IMG/VR virus record: IMGVR_UViG_3300022937_000008
Coordinates: 32,001-96,000 of that record
Origin: a virus
Length of the DNA: 64,000 bases
Strand: one strand, 5' to 3'
Shown here: positions 46,181 through 56,301 of the stretch, in pieces
How positions within the stretch are numbered: position 1 is the stretch's first letter
Layout of the letters: each line of letters opens with the position of its first letter
Program-made: the position numbers and the translations under genes
Notes under the pieces: model-generated
Told to the model about the DNA's origin: nothing
Seen by the model: only the letters and a program-made list of their open reading frames with translations
The model's database searches: none

Positions 46181-47038
46181 TTAATAGAACTCGGTAATAA
46201 CTACCAAACCAGGACGTCCATTTGAACCTCTATGTCCACTAAAGTATCCTGATGTTCCACCAGTTCCTGGTGCTGAATGTCCTTGGTGATTGTGAGCAAA
46301 GTGTCCACCTTGTGGGTGTCCTGCTGGTGCTGGGCCTCCCCAAAAACTCGATCCGCCCATTCCTGACGAACGTTGTTCGTGACTACCACCTGCACCACAG
46401 TAAATATTTAAATTTCCACCTGATCCTACGCCAGGTAATCCACCATTATGCTGGTTGTGTCTATTGGCACCATGACCGCCACTTGCAGAGCAGTAAGGTC
46501 CAAAACTAGAACCTCCGCCATTTCCGCCTGCGTTAGAATAATATGTTCCGCCACTTTCTCCTGATACACCAACTGATACTGAACTTACACCAGTTACATC
46601 AACAATTTCTTCTGAGTATCCTCCAGCAGCGCCTGACTCTCCGTGGCCTGAACCACCTCCGCCACCGCCTTGTACTTGTACATAAACATAACGTACACCT
46701 GCTGGTTTGTTCCAAGTGCCGCTACCTGTAAAAACTGTCATTCCTCTAATACCAATTGGTTGGAATGTTAATCCGTTATTTGAACTGTTTACTGTTAAAC
46801 CTCTATAAGCACCTGCAAAACTTGTAATTCCAGTACCACCTTTAGTTGTTCCTAGTGATCCTGATGTTGTTGAACTTCCTAGGTTAACAGCACCTGTTCC
46901 TAATTCTGTTCCTGTGATTGTATTATCAGCAAGTTGAGCAGTATCAATAGCACCAGTAGCAAAGTCACCGCTATTAACAGTTAAGTCTAATAACGATTCG
47001 TTTGTTAATTTTTTAAGTGTTTGATAATTAAATGCCAT
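46181..47038 (-). CDS. Gly/His-rich fibre or adhesin protein, paralog 2
   Basis: Same architecture and the HPQGGHFAHNHQGH motif. Confidence 0.75.
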   Translation of the reverse strand: MAFNYQTLKKLTNESLLDLTVNSGDFATGAIDTAQLADNTITGTELGTGAVNLGSSTTSGSLGTTKGGTGITSFAGAYRGLTVNSSNNGLTFQPIGIRGMTVFTGSGTWNKPAGVRYVYVQVQGGGGGGSGHGESGAAGGYSEEIVDVTGVSSVSVGVSGESGGTYYSNAGGNGGGSSFGPYCSASGGHGANRHNQHNGGLPGVGSGGNLNIYCGAGGSHEQRSSGMGGSSFWGGPAPAGHPQGGHFAHNHQGHSAPGTGGTSGYFSGHRGSNGRPGLVVITEFY

Positions 47039-47051
47039 CTATTTCTTGCTC

Positions 47052-47903
47052 CTAATAATAATTTGTTACTACAACCATACCTGGTCTTCCGTCTGAACCT
47101 CTATGTCCGTGGAAGTGTGCGCCTGCACCACCTGTACCTTGTGTACAATGGTTTTGGTGATTGTGAGCAAAGTGTCCACCTTGTGGGTGATTTCCAGGTG
47201 CGCCTCCACCAAAGAACGTATTAGCACAACTCTGAGCACTTCTTGCGTGATGACTAAATCCGCCGCCTTGGTGAATATTTAAGTTACCGCCGCCTGCGCC
47301 ACCACTAACACCACCTGAGTGTTGATTTTGTCTATTAGCACCATGTCCTCCTTGTGCAGAAAGATATGGTCCAAATGATGATGTATTACCATTACCGCCT
47401 CGGTTAGCGTAGTATGTTCCGCCACCTCCGCCGCCAATGCTAATACCTACTGAACTAATTCCAGTAACGTCTAAGAATCTTTCACCGTAGCCACCGGCTC
47501 CGCCACCTTCTCCGTGACCTGATCCACCACCACCGCCACCTTGTACTTGTACCTTAATGTATCGTACACCGGATGGTCTGCTCCATGTACCGTTACCTGT
47601 CCAAACTTGTATACTAGCAACACCATGATTATCTGTTGTTAAGCCACTTCCAGTACTTCTTACAATTCTGTAAGCACCGCTAGTACTAGTTAAACCAGTA
47701 CCACCTTGTGCAACACCAGCTGTGCCTGTAACTTTTGCTCCGCCTAAATCAACAGAGCTAGGAGCCATCTTTGCAGCTGAAATTTCACCTGCACCGATTT
47801 TTCCTGCTGTAACTTGCAAGTTACCAATATCTTGAGAAGCTATTGTACCGTCAACAATTGCCTGGTTAGATATCTTCTTAAGTGACTGATAATCAAATGC
47901 CAT
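47052..47903 (-). CDS. Gly/His-rich fibre or adhesin protein, paralog 1
   Basis: Same architecture; HPQGGHFAHNHQNH. Confidence 0.75.
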   Translation of the reverse strand: MAFDYQSLKKISNQAIVDGTIASQDIGNLQVTAGKIGAGEISAAKMAPSSVDLGGAKVTGTAGVAQGGTGLTSTSGAYRIVRSTGSGLTTDNHGVASIQVWTGNGTWSRPSGVRYIKVQVQGGGGGGSGHGEGGGAGGYGERFLDVTGISSVGISIGGGGGGTYYANRGGNGNTSSFGPYLSAQGGHGANRQNQHSGGVSGGAGGGNLNIHQGGGFSHHARSAQSCANTFFGGGAPGNHPQGGHFAHNHQNHCTQGTGGAGAHFHGHRGSDGRPGMVVVTNYY

Positions 47904-47914
47904 CTAATAACTCC

Positions 47915-48367
47915 TTAAATGTTCTCTATTAACCAACCTTCTGTAGCAGTTGAATACACTAATTTAAATGCTGCGCCTTCTGTAGTAACTGTCATTGCAT
48001 CAGAGGTTCTCATAATAGGATTACCATTGTTTGCAATTGTCAATGTATTTGTATCAAATGTTCCTTTTAAGTCAAAAATCTGAATAATTTCACCAGTTGA
48101 AGGAGAAGCAGGTAATGTTAATGTAATTGGACCACCACTGGTATCTACCCAATAAGCAGTTCCAGATACTGCTGCTGTACTGGAGGTAATAGCTACTCTA
48201 TTCAATCCGCCGACTGGTAACCAAGCAGTTCCGTTATAGAACTCTAAATGATTACTATCGGTGTTATAATATTGAACACCAGCGTTAACTGTAGCGGGCC
48301 TTTCTGCTGTCGAGCCCATCAACATTCTTGGCTGTATTTCAATACCGTTATTAACTACTCTTCCCAT
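47915..48367 (-). CDS. Tail fibre / baseplate connector-like protein
   Basis: GSTAERP...YYNT...EFYNG..W and YWVDTSGGPITLTLPASP..G modules seen in T4-like fibre and baseplate proteins. Confidence 0.65.
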   Translation of the reverse strand: MGRVVNNGIEIQPRMLMGSTAERPATVNAGVQYYNTDSNHLEFYNGTAWLPVGGLNRVAITSSTAAVSGTAYWVDTSGGPITLTLPASPSTGEIIQIFDLKGTFDTNTLTIANNGNPIMRTSDAMTVTTEGAAFKLVYSTATEGWLIENI

Positions 48368-48381
48368 AGTATTATCTCCCG

Positions 48382-48702
48382 TTACGCTGTAGCAGTTTCA
48401 ATACCAAACACTACCGCTGAAACGTTAATCGCATTTGATCTGACCACAATTTTCTTACCAGCATCTAACACGATACCTGTTCTTTCTAGAACACCGTTTG
48501 CTGAAATCAGTGAATCATATTCAATGTATTCTGCATCAGTTGGTGTGTCCGCAGCCGCAGCAGCTACTCTAATTTCACTTGCCGTTCCGCCTCTGTTACA
48601 CACCGATACTGTTACTACAGCAAATGTATCAGCAGGGACGGTATATAGAGTAGTGAGTGTGGCTGCACTTAAATCACCTGACCCTAATATTCCTGTTGCC
48701 AT
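48382..48702 (-). CDS. Small virion structural protein
   Basis: TTLYTVP...VCN beta-rich pattern; resembles the 62284 ORF. Confidence 0.6.
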   Translation of the reverse strand: MATGILGSGDLSAATLTTLYTVPADTFAVVTVSVCNRGGTASEIRVAAAAADTPTDAEYIEYDSLISANGVLERTGIVLDAGKKIVVRSNAINVSAVVFGIETATA

Positions 48703-48721
48703 TTTATTATATCTCCATTTA

Positions 48722-51700
48722 TTAGTTTAAGAAGTAACTCCAAGCCAACGGATAACCATCCACTGAGCCTTTGAAGTTCATATTAGCATTAATACTTATC
48801 GCCGCGCCTGTCGTTGTTGTAATTTGTGTTCCAGCAATGTAAATGAAACCTGCTGTAACACTGTTAACGTTCAACGATGCACCACCGCCACCAATTTGTG
48901 AACTAATGTATGCTTTAATAGCACGTTGAGTAGGTACAACGCTATCGCTATCCGCTGTAAAGAATGGGTCTGTACTAAACTCTTCAATACTTGCAGATCC
49001 TCCACCTAGTGTAACTTCACCAAGTGTAAGTTCTTGTAGTCCTGCAATGTTAAATGCATCAGCATTCAATGTTGCAACACCAGTACTCTGTTCAACGTTA
49101 AACAATCCGCCAACTCTAAAGTTACCGTCTTGGTCTGTTGAAGTAAAGAATACTCTACCACCGTTTCTTTCTCTAGTTTCTTGTGCAGGAATCGGATCTT
49201 GTGTTGGTGCATTAGGATAGTTTGTTTCTGCAAAACTACCTGTACCAATATCTAAGAAGTCATGTCCTGTCAATCTAACCTGTGAGTATCTAATTCTAGT
49301 TGTTACAGTTGTTCCGTGAGTTGGAACATTGTACAACTTCATTTCAGGTGAAACTTGGAAGAAACAAGTGTAAGATCCATTGTCATTACCTAGCAATGTG
49401 TAGATGTTAACTAGTTTGAATGTTTCGCCTGGTAGGTGTCCAAACACAACGTTTGATCCTGCTACCGGAACTTCTGTTAGTCTTCTAACAGCAATAAACG
49501 AACCACTCTGATAGTAATCTGCATAACCATCCCCTGTACCATTAATTAGATCAGCGGATGCAGAAACATATCCAGTTCCTCTACTTGTAAATGTTGGTGT
49601 AGCAAGTGTTCCTGCCGAAGCAATTCTAACATCTGCTGGTACAGCGTAGATTTCGCTTGGATCAGTAATTGTCATTGTTGGAGCACTTGTGTAACCACTG
49701 CCTGGTTCAACAATAGTAATCTTAAAGATCTTATTCTCTGCAACGTATGCTCTACCTTTAGCAGTAGCACCTGTGTAAATTGCAATTTGCTGATCACTAC
49801 CTGCATCGCCAACAATTACACTAAACACACCGCGTCTAGTTTTGTTAACACCAAATGCAATTGCAATACCACCACTACTTGAGCTTATTTCACCGTCACC
49901 GTATCCTGTCCATGTCCAGTTAATACCGTCTTGTGAATGTGCAACATAGTCATATCCGTTAACAGCAGCGTTGTATGCTGTTGCCATAAACAGACCTTGA
50001 CCATATTCAACTTTTTGTATGCCTGCAGGTGTAGTTGAGTCAGGTGAACCAATTGTCATTGCTGACCATGTAGCACCGTCTAAACTAAATGCTGCGTTAT
50101 CGCTGTCTGTAGCTGTTGCAACAAACTTACCATTACCCCAAGCAACACTGCTCCAGTTTGAACTTGCTGGAAGTGAAACGTCTGTCCAATTTTCGCCACC
50201 ATCAGATGACCATGCAGCAGTTGTACTACCGGCTTTAACAGCTACAAGTCTGCCACGTCTTGCTGTGATTGCAGTAAATCCTGTGCTGTTTAATGTACCT
50301 GTAACGTCCCAAACTATACCATCTAGTGAAATAGCAACTGTTGTGCTGTTACTTGCAATAGCAATAAAGCGTCCGTTGTCATAAGTAACTCCGCACCAAT
50401 CAGCACTTGCTGGTAATGCTGAAGCTACCCAAGTAACACCGTTATCTGAGTATGCAGCACTTGTTCCACTGTCTGCAACTGCAACAAATCTTCCTTGTTT
50501 TGCAAGTGTTGATCCGTCTTCAATTAAGCCGTGTGCAACAGCAGTCCAGTTAGATGTTGAAGGCATTGTGTTTGCTACCCAGTTAGTGCCGTCCATTGAG
50601 TAAGCACCTGCATTTGCAGCGGTTTTAACTGCTACAAATACACCTGGTTGTCCGTAACCCTCTTCGTCATATACTAATACTGCACCATTACTATCTACTG
50701 ATGTAATTGTTATTGTTAAATCGTGTGTTCCGTCAGTACCACCAAGTGCAGAACCTAGTACCGTAACGTTTTCAAGTCTTGCATAATTTGCACCGCCACT
50801 TACTAGTGTAGTTTTATATTTCCAACCATTCTTGGTTACAGTAATACTTAAACCACTTCCTGATCCGCCTGATGGACTTACAACATAAACTCCTGTTGTT
50901 TCACCAAATGCTGAATCTTTCCAAGTACCTGTAGTTGGAAGTGTTTGTAGTGAACTTCCAAAGCCTGGGCTTGTAAATTGAACTCTTGGTTGAACAACAT
51001 ATGTTGATGAAGCATCAGGTGAAGCAATAGTAGTTCCTGCAACTACGTGATCCCATCCTGACCCACCTGTTGATTCTTTTGTAACTGTAGCAATCTTAGT
51101 ACCTGCGTTGTATGTTGCAATAACACCGTATTGTCCAACACCTGTACCACCGGTTACATAAACTACCATGCCTACATATGCTGAACTTGTTTCAGCATCA
51201 GTAGCTGCAAGTGTAATACTTGTTGAAGTACCACCCTGTGCAGTGTTAGCGTTTGAAACATAACCAAAGCCACCGAAGTTTCCTGCTGCTTCTGGAGCAT
51301 CAGTACTATCGTCAACTAGATCTTTTAAGAATACTTGATGTACAGCACCGTTTCTAAATTCATCATTGTATGATGATGCACCAGTACCTGCGCCTGAAAT
51401 TAATGTATCAACTTCAGTGTATTCTTGACCTGCGTTTTCATATTCAAAGTTGTAAACTTGTTGAGCACCGTCGGTGTTTACTTCGGAGATAATAGCTTCG
51501 AACTGGAACTTATTATCAACAATCGCAGTGTTTGGAGTTTCAGTTGAATCAAATCCTTCTGCTACTGAACCAAAGTCACCGTATGAGTTGTTACCGTTTG
51601 TACCTCTAATTCTACCACCGTCTGTTGACAAGTAACCAATGTGTGAGTAGTAAGTAAACACAGAAACAAGTTCTGCTCTACCATTGTTTGCTACCCAAGC

Positions 51701-54700
51701 ACCGATACCGTCTGATATAACCTGTGTAAAGTCGTTACTAACAATCGAATCGTTACCACCTGCGTGTAATGCACCGTCAATTTTCTGACCAATTGCAGCA
51801 TAACCAAATGTTGTAACACCTTGTACATATGGTGAACGTGAAGTGATCCATACTCTGTAATCTTCTGGACCCCAACCTGGATCAAGTGAACAATATGCTC
51901 CTGCTGTAACTCTTGAAGTTCCATATGAGTTTGGAGGAGTTAAATCACCACTTAGTCCATCAAGTGTTTGGTTTCTAATACCTGTTCCGTTTCTTAGATA
52001 GTACATATCTTCTTCTAAGGAACCTTTTACTGAGTTACCATACCATCTTGCTGCTAATAGTGTTTTGTAATTTCCTTTGTAGTCAATGTCATATTTTAGA
52101 GCATTGATAACTTCACCCACATCACGTAAGCAGAATGTTTTATCGTATGCAAGTTCAACTCCCATCGAACCTGTGTCTGTATCTAATGACATTGCGTCTG
52201 CTACATTACGCATTTTTGCAACTGTAAATGTTGTGCTACTTAAAATTGAATGTACATAATAAGTATTGCCTGCAACAATTCCGTCTCCGCCTGTTGTTAC
52301 TGGTGGACTTAAAACAGTTCCATTAAATTTAATTGCTAAGCCGCGTTGTAACCAGCTAGTATCACTAATTGTAATTGCATCTGTACCAGCATCTGTTGCT
52401 GTTGCAGTGTCGTTCCATGTGTTAGCAATATAAGCTTCAGCTTCAGCAACAATAAATGCTCTGTTTCTTTCTAGTTGCTCTCTTGCATGATGTGCGTTTC
52501 TGTATTCTGTAGAACATCTTGAACCTTCAGTTGTTCCACTGTAAATAATTGTATCAATATTATCAAACAATGTTGCAAATCTTGATGCTGCTGTTGTGTC
52601 ACCGTTTAAGTAGGTAGCAGTATCGCCAGCAACTGTTTCTGCAACAAATTGATATGCTGCTCTAGTTGCTGCTTTCTGTCCTAAATCATAAACATCACTA
52701 GCAGTAGATCTTAGATATGCGTAAGCATTTTTAATTGTTTGCCAGTTGCTGTTAAACATAAAGTCAAACATTGCACCTTCTAACAACAATCTCATATCTC
52801 TCTTACATTTGTCTGCATTGTAAGTTAAGTTTGGATAATTGTCTGCTAGATAGTTAGACATTGCGCTTACAAGGGCCTCTTGCTGCGCATCTAAGGTCTC
52901 TGCAGCGGTGATCAATGCGGTTGTACTAGTTACACCATTCGTTGCAATAGGATAGTCAATTTTATCAACTACAAGTCCTAAACCAGTACCGTTTGATAAT
53001 GACAGTGTTGAACCGCCGTATGTTTGTGAAACAGTAAATGTATTAGAAGCTGCTGTATTATTAACCCAGAATGTAGTATCAGCAGTTAAGCCATTACCGC
53101 TTGTTCTCGGAATAATTTTATCACCAACTTGTAAACCGTGTGCTCCACTTGTTGTAATAACATTTGAAGAAATACTATCAATTGTTAAATTAGGTCTAGT
53201 ACTTACATCAGTGATTGTATTAATGATAACATCTAGTGCTGCTTCAATATGTGCAATAGCAGCAGCAGAACCAGCTGTAGCTGATCTATACTGAAGTGTG
53301 TTTCCTAATTTAGTTAATACTGAATTGCCTGCAATTGCTGAAAGTTGAGTTTTCATCTCTCCGTATGCAGCAATTGTTGCTGTTTTTTCTGTACTATCAA
53401 TAGCAAGTGAGCCAGCAATACCATCATAGTATGCTGTAGCAGCATCAACAGTTGCTTTATAACCGCCATATGTTAAATCATATGCAATAGCATCTACAAT
53501 GTAACCAATGTCTTGTTTACATTTTGTTTTGCTGTACTTGATATTAGGATAGTTAACACCAATCCAAAGAGTAATTTCTTCTTGTAAGAACGCTTTGTTT
53601 TCTTCGATTAAATGTCTAGCATCGCCATAACCAACTAGATATGATGAATTATATCCTGTTGGATCAGTACGTGTCATAAGATCTAAACCTCCAACACGGA
53701 AGTCGATGTTATGAATCATTGTTTCAATTAATTTATCTACTTCTGCAGATTCAACTGTGTCTGCAAAAGGAACTGCAATATCTTGTACTTCTGTATTTCC
53801 TGTTGTAGCTGTTACAGTAGCACCTGTGATTACATCTTTAATAACACCTTTCAAATGCTGATAAGTGTTTAAAGTGTAATATGTATCTGTATGGTGAGTT
53901 GTGCCAACAGCAGGACCTGCATTAGTTGCACGAATTTCATCACCGATTACACAAGTATGTTCTGGTACTAAGATCGGAAGTACTTCTCTATAACGTCCAG
54001 TTTTAACTTTAATAATGTTGTTTGGCTGTACACGCTCAGGAATTCTAGTTGTGTCGCCATCTTCAAGTGCGTTGTTAATGATTGTAACTAAACTAGATAC
54101 AACAGCATCAACTCCTGATTCAGCAATAATATCACTATCTTTCCATTGTGCAACAACAGCAGTTGAAAGGTCACCGTTTGTTGTTTGATAGTTAACTGTA
54201 GGATCTGTTTGTGCTAATACATTGCTTACAACTGTTAACATATAGTTGTTTGCAGCAATATCGTTTGCAGATTCTGTAGAAAGTCTTGTGTATTCTTTAA
54301 CACCTGCGTTTTCACTTTCTTCAAGACCGCCGACATATGCATTAGCAGCACCTCTAACTTTAACGTTACCGCCGTGTCTTAAGTCAAAGATAACAGCATC
54401 GACAATCCAACCAATGTCTCTGTAACATTTGTTGTCGTCATATGTAAAGTTATACCAAATACTTGTAGCATCTGGTACTGTAACTGTGTTGTATTCAATT
54501 TGATAATTAATCCATTCAGTTACTTCTTTCTGAATGAATGTTCTGTTTAATTCAAGAAGTTTTGTTGCATTAGGAAGTCTTGGTCCGTGTTCAACTTGTT
54601 GACAAGCATATCTAATGCTGCTCCAAGGTTTATCTAATGTTCCACCAAATACTGGGTACGGATTGTTTGTACCGTGTGGTGCAACAAAGTAAACGTGATC

Positions 54701-56269
54701 TGAGGAACCTAATGATCTCCATTGAGGATACTCAGCACCTGCCATAAGTACTTGACCTTCTACACCGATTGGTAATCTAGTTACACCAGCACCGCCATAG
54801 TAAACAAGGTCACCTTTAGTAGTTAGAATATCTGTTTCTGAACCTGTAATTAACTGGTTCCAATAAGTACCTGTTAAGTCTTGATCTGGACGAGAGTTAT
54901 CTGCTCCGCCACCTTCGGCTCCAATTGTTGAACCGTCATCGCCTTCTGATCTGTGTCTTGATACACAAACATATGCGTTTGCACCAAATTTAACAACATC
55001 GCCAATTTCATAATCTGTATCGTCAGTCCAGTCACCTTGCCAACTAAATCCTTCGTTTAGTCTTCCCCAGTAGTTAGGTTCTGTAGGATGAGCAGCAACT
55101 CTTGCTGTCATCGAACCTGTAGCTGTGTCAGGTTCAAATACTGTTCCACCGTGTACTGTTGAAATTGTAAATTGTGTACCGCTGTCTACAGTTTTAACAA
55201 AGTAAAGTGCATCTGAATTAACATTACCAAATGTTGTTCCACTAAATTGTACTGACTGACCAACAGTCATTCCAGTTGTGTCAGCAGTTGTGAAAAGATT
55301 TGTTCCGTTAGTAGATGCTGTTACTGTAAAGTCATTACTTGGTGAATCAGCAATTGCAACATAGCTGTAACCGTTGTTTCTTACAACCTGACCAACTTTA
55401 TAGTCTGTTGTGTTGACCCAAGCACTTTGGAAATCAAATCCTTCGCTGAATAATCCCCAGTCTGAACCGTTGTCTGGTGGAGTTTTTGCAGTGTTGTGTG
55501 TTTTTGCAACGTAACTGTTACCACCGTACTTAACAACATCACCAATTTTATAGTTTGCACTGTTGTTCCAATCGTTGGAAAATTCAAAACCTTCAACAAA
55601 GGAAGCCCAGTTAGCAGTGTCGTTGGTAAACGATGTAACATCTGATGTGTGGTATGTTGTACAAATATAAAGATTTGCACCATACTTAACAATATCGTTA
55701 ATTTTATATCTTGTTGCGGCTACCCATGAGCCTTTGTACTCGATGCCTTGGTTAAAATAATCCCACTTGGCTTGATCATTTTCAAGACCTAGTGCATTTG
55801 TTGCAGCTGATGTGTGTCCAGTGTTACAAACATATGTTACACCACCATACTTAATTAAATCATTAAGTTTATATCTAGTCGCTGCGACCCAAGCGCCTTT
55901 CCAATCAAATCCTTCAGCATATACATCCCACTTGGCAGTATCTAACTCTAACCCATCGGAAGTAGTAGCGGCAGAAGTGTGGGCAGTGTTACAGATGTAT
56001 AAGTTGCCACCGTATTTGACAACATCGTTTAATACATAATAAGTTGCTGTTGACCAATCACCTTTCCATGATTGACCATCAGTCATTGTGTTCCATTTAC
56101 TAGGAACATCGTTGAAATTTACATAAAAATCTGGGTCTGAAGTATGTCCTACAGCACATATAAATGTTTTACCGCCGTATCGGACAACGTCATCTTTATA
56201 GTATGTCGTGGAACCTGCCCAGTCCCCTTTCCATACAAATCTAATTCTACCAAGTTTAAATTCTGCCAT
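48722..56269 (-). CDS. Giant tail-fibre / adhesin-like virion protein (2515 aa)
   Basis: N-terminal W..Y..D.V.YGG repeats, beta-helix-like core (RSPYVQ), SxDGxxW propeller repeats; paralog of the 56302 ORF. Confidence 0.85.
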   Translation of the reverse strand: MAEFKLGRIRFVWKGDWAGSTTYYKDDVVRYGGKTFICAVGHTSDPDFYVNFNDVPSKWNTMTDGQSWKGDWSTATYYVLNDVVKYGGNLYICNTAHTSAATTSDGLELDTAKWDVYAEGFDWKGAWVAATRYKLNDLIKYGGVTYVCNTGHTSAATNALGLENDQAKWDYFNQGIEYKGSWVAATRYKINDIVKYGANLYICTTYHTSDVTSFTNDTANWASFVEGFEFSNDWNNSANYKIGDVVKYGGNSYVAKTHNTAKTPPDNGSDWGLFSEGFDFQSAWVNTTDYKVGQVVRNNGYSYVAIADSPSNDFTVTASTNGTNLFTTADTTGMTVGQSVQFSGTTFGNVNSDALYFVKTVDSGTQFTISTVHGGTVFEPDTATGSMTARVAAHPTEPNYWGRLNEGFSWQGDWTDDTDYEIGDVVKFGANAYVCVSRHRSEGDDGSTIGAEGGGADNSRPDQDLTGTYWNQLITGSETDILTTKGDLVYYGGAGVTRLPIGVEGQVLMAGAEYPQWRSLGSSDHVYFVAPHGTNNPYPVFGGTLDKPWSSIRYACQQVEHGPRLPNATKLLELNRTFIQKEVTEWINYQIEYNTVTVPDATSIWYNFTYDDNKCYRDIGWIVDAVIFDLRHGGNVKVRGAANAYVGGLEESENAGVKEYTRLSTESANDIAANNYMLTVVSNVLAQTDPTVNYQTTNGDLSTAVVAQWKDSDIIAESGVDAVVSSLVTIINNALEDGDTTRIPERVQPNNIIKVKTGRYREVLPILVPEHTCVIGDEIRATNAGPAVGTTHHTDTYYTLNTYQHLKGVIKDVITGATVTATTGNTEVQDIAVPFADTVESAEVDKLIETMIHNIDFRVGGLDLMTRTDPTGYNSSYLVGYGDARHLIEENKAFLQEEITLWIGVNYPNIKYSKTKCKQDIGYIVDAIAYDLTYGGYKATVDAATAYYDGIAGSLAIDSTEKTATIAAYGEMKTQLSAIAGNSVLTKLGNTLQYRSATAGSAAAIAHIEAALDVIINTITDVSTRPNLTIDSISSNVITTSGAHGLQVGDKIIPRTSGNGLTADTTFWVNNTAASNTFTVSQTYGGSTLSLSNGTGLGLVVDKIDYPIATNGVTSTTALITAAETLDAQQEALVSAMSNYLADNYPNLTYNADKCKRDMRLLLEGAMFDFMFNSNWQTIKNAYAYLRSTASDVYDLGQKAATRAAYQFVAETVAGDTATYLNGDTTAASRFATLFDNIDTIIYSGTTEGSRCSTEYRNAHHAREQLERNRAFIVAEAEAYIANTWNDTATATDAGTDAITISDTSWLQRGLAIKFNGTVLSPPVTTGGDGIVAGNTYYVHSILSSTTFTVAKMRNVADAMSLDTDTGSMGVELAYDKTFCLRDVGEVINALKYDIDYKGNYKTLLAARWYGNSVKGSLEEDMYYLRNGTGIRNQTLDGLSGDLTPPNSYGTSRVTAGAYCSLDPGWGPEDYRVWITSRSPYVQGVTTFGYAAIGQKIDGALHAGGNDSIVSNDFTQVISDGIGAWVANNGRAELVSVFTYYSHIGYLSTDGGRIRGTNGNNSYGDFGSVAEGFDSTETPNTAIVDNKFQFEAIISEVNTDGAQQVYNFEYENAGQEYTEVDTLISGAGTGASSYNDEFRNGAVHQVFLKDLVDDSTDAPEAAGNFGGFGYVSNANTAQGGTSTSITLAATDAETSSAYVGMVVYVTGGTGVGQYGVIATYNAGTKIATVTKESTGGSGWDHVVAGTTIASPDASSTYVVQPRVQFTSPGFGSSLQTLPTTGTWKDSAFGETTGVYVVSPSGGSGSGLSITVTKNGWKYKTTLVSGGANYARLENVTVLGSALGGTDGTHDLTITITSVDSNGAVLVYDEEGYGQPGVFVAVKTAANAGAYSMDGTNWVANTMPSTSNWTAVAHGLIEDGSTLAKQGRFVAVADSGTSAAYSDNGVTWVASALPASADWCGVTYDNGRFIAIASNSTTVAISLDGIVWDVTGTLNSTGFTAITARRGRLVAVKAGSTTAAWSSDGGENWTDVSLPASSNWSSVAWGNGKFVATATDSDNAAFSLDGATWSAMTIGSPDSTTPAGIQKVEYGQGLFMATAYNAAVNGYDYVAHSQDGINWTWTGYGDGEISSSSGGIAIAFGVNKTRRGVFSVIVGDAGSDQQIAIYTGATAKGRAYVAENKIFKITIVEPGSGYTSAPTMTITDPSEIYAVPADVRIASAGTLATPTFTSRGTGYVSASADLINGTGDGYADYYQSGSFIAVRRLTEVPVAGSNVVFGHLPGETFKLVNIYTLLGNDNGSYTCFFQVSPEMKLYNVPTHGTTVTTRIRYSQVRLTGHDFLDIGTGSFAETNYPNAPTQDPIPAQETRERNGGRVFFTSTDQDGNFRVGGLFNVEQSTGVATLNADAFNIAGLQELTLGEVTLGGGSASIEEFSTDPFFTADSDSVVPTQRAIKAYISSQIGGGGASLNVNSVTAGFIYIAGTQITTTTGAAISINANMNFKGSVDGYPLAWSYFLN

Positions 56270-56301
56270 TTAATTAACTCCGTTGTACTTATTTACCTTA
56301 A

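Noticed and set aside
45400-47200. Near-identical DNA blocks in the three His-rich paralogs as a DGR template/variable repeat or CRISPR array
   Set aside because: The blocks lie in frame within intact paralogous ORFs; no reverse transcriptase, cas gene or regular repeat-spacer periodicity is present in the window.
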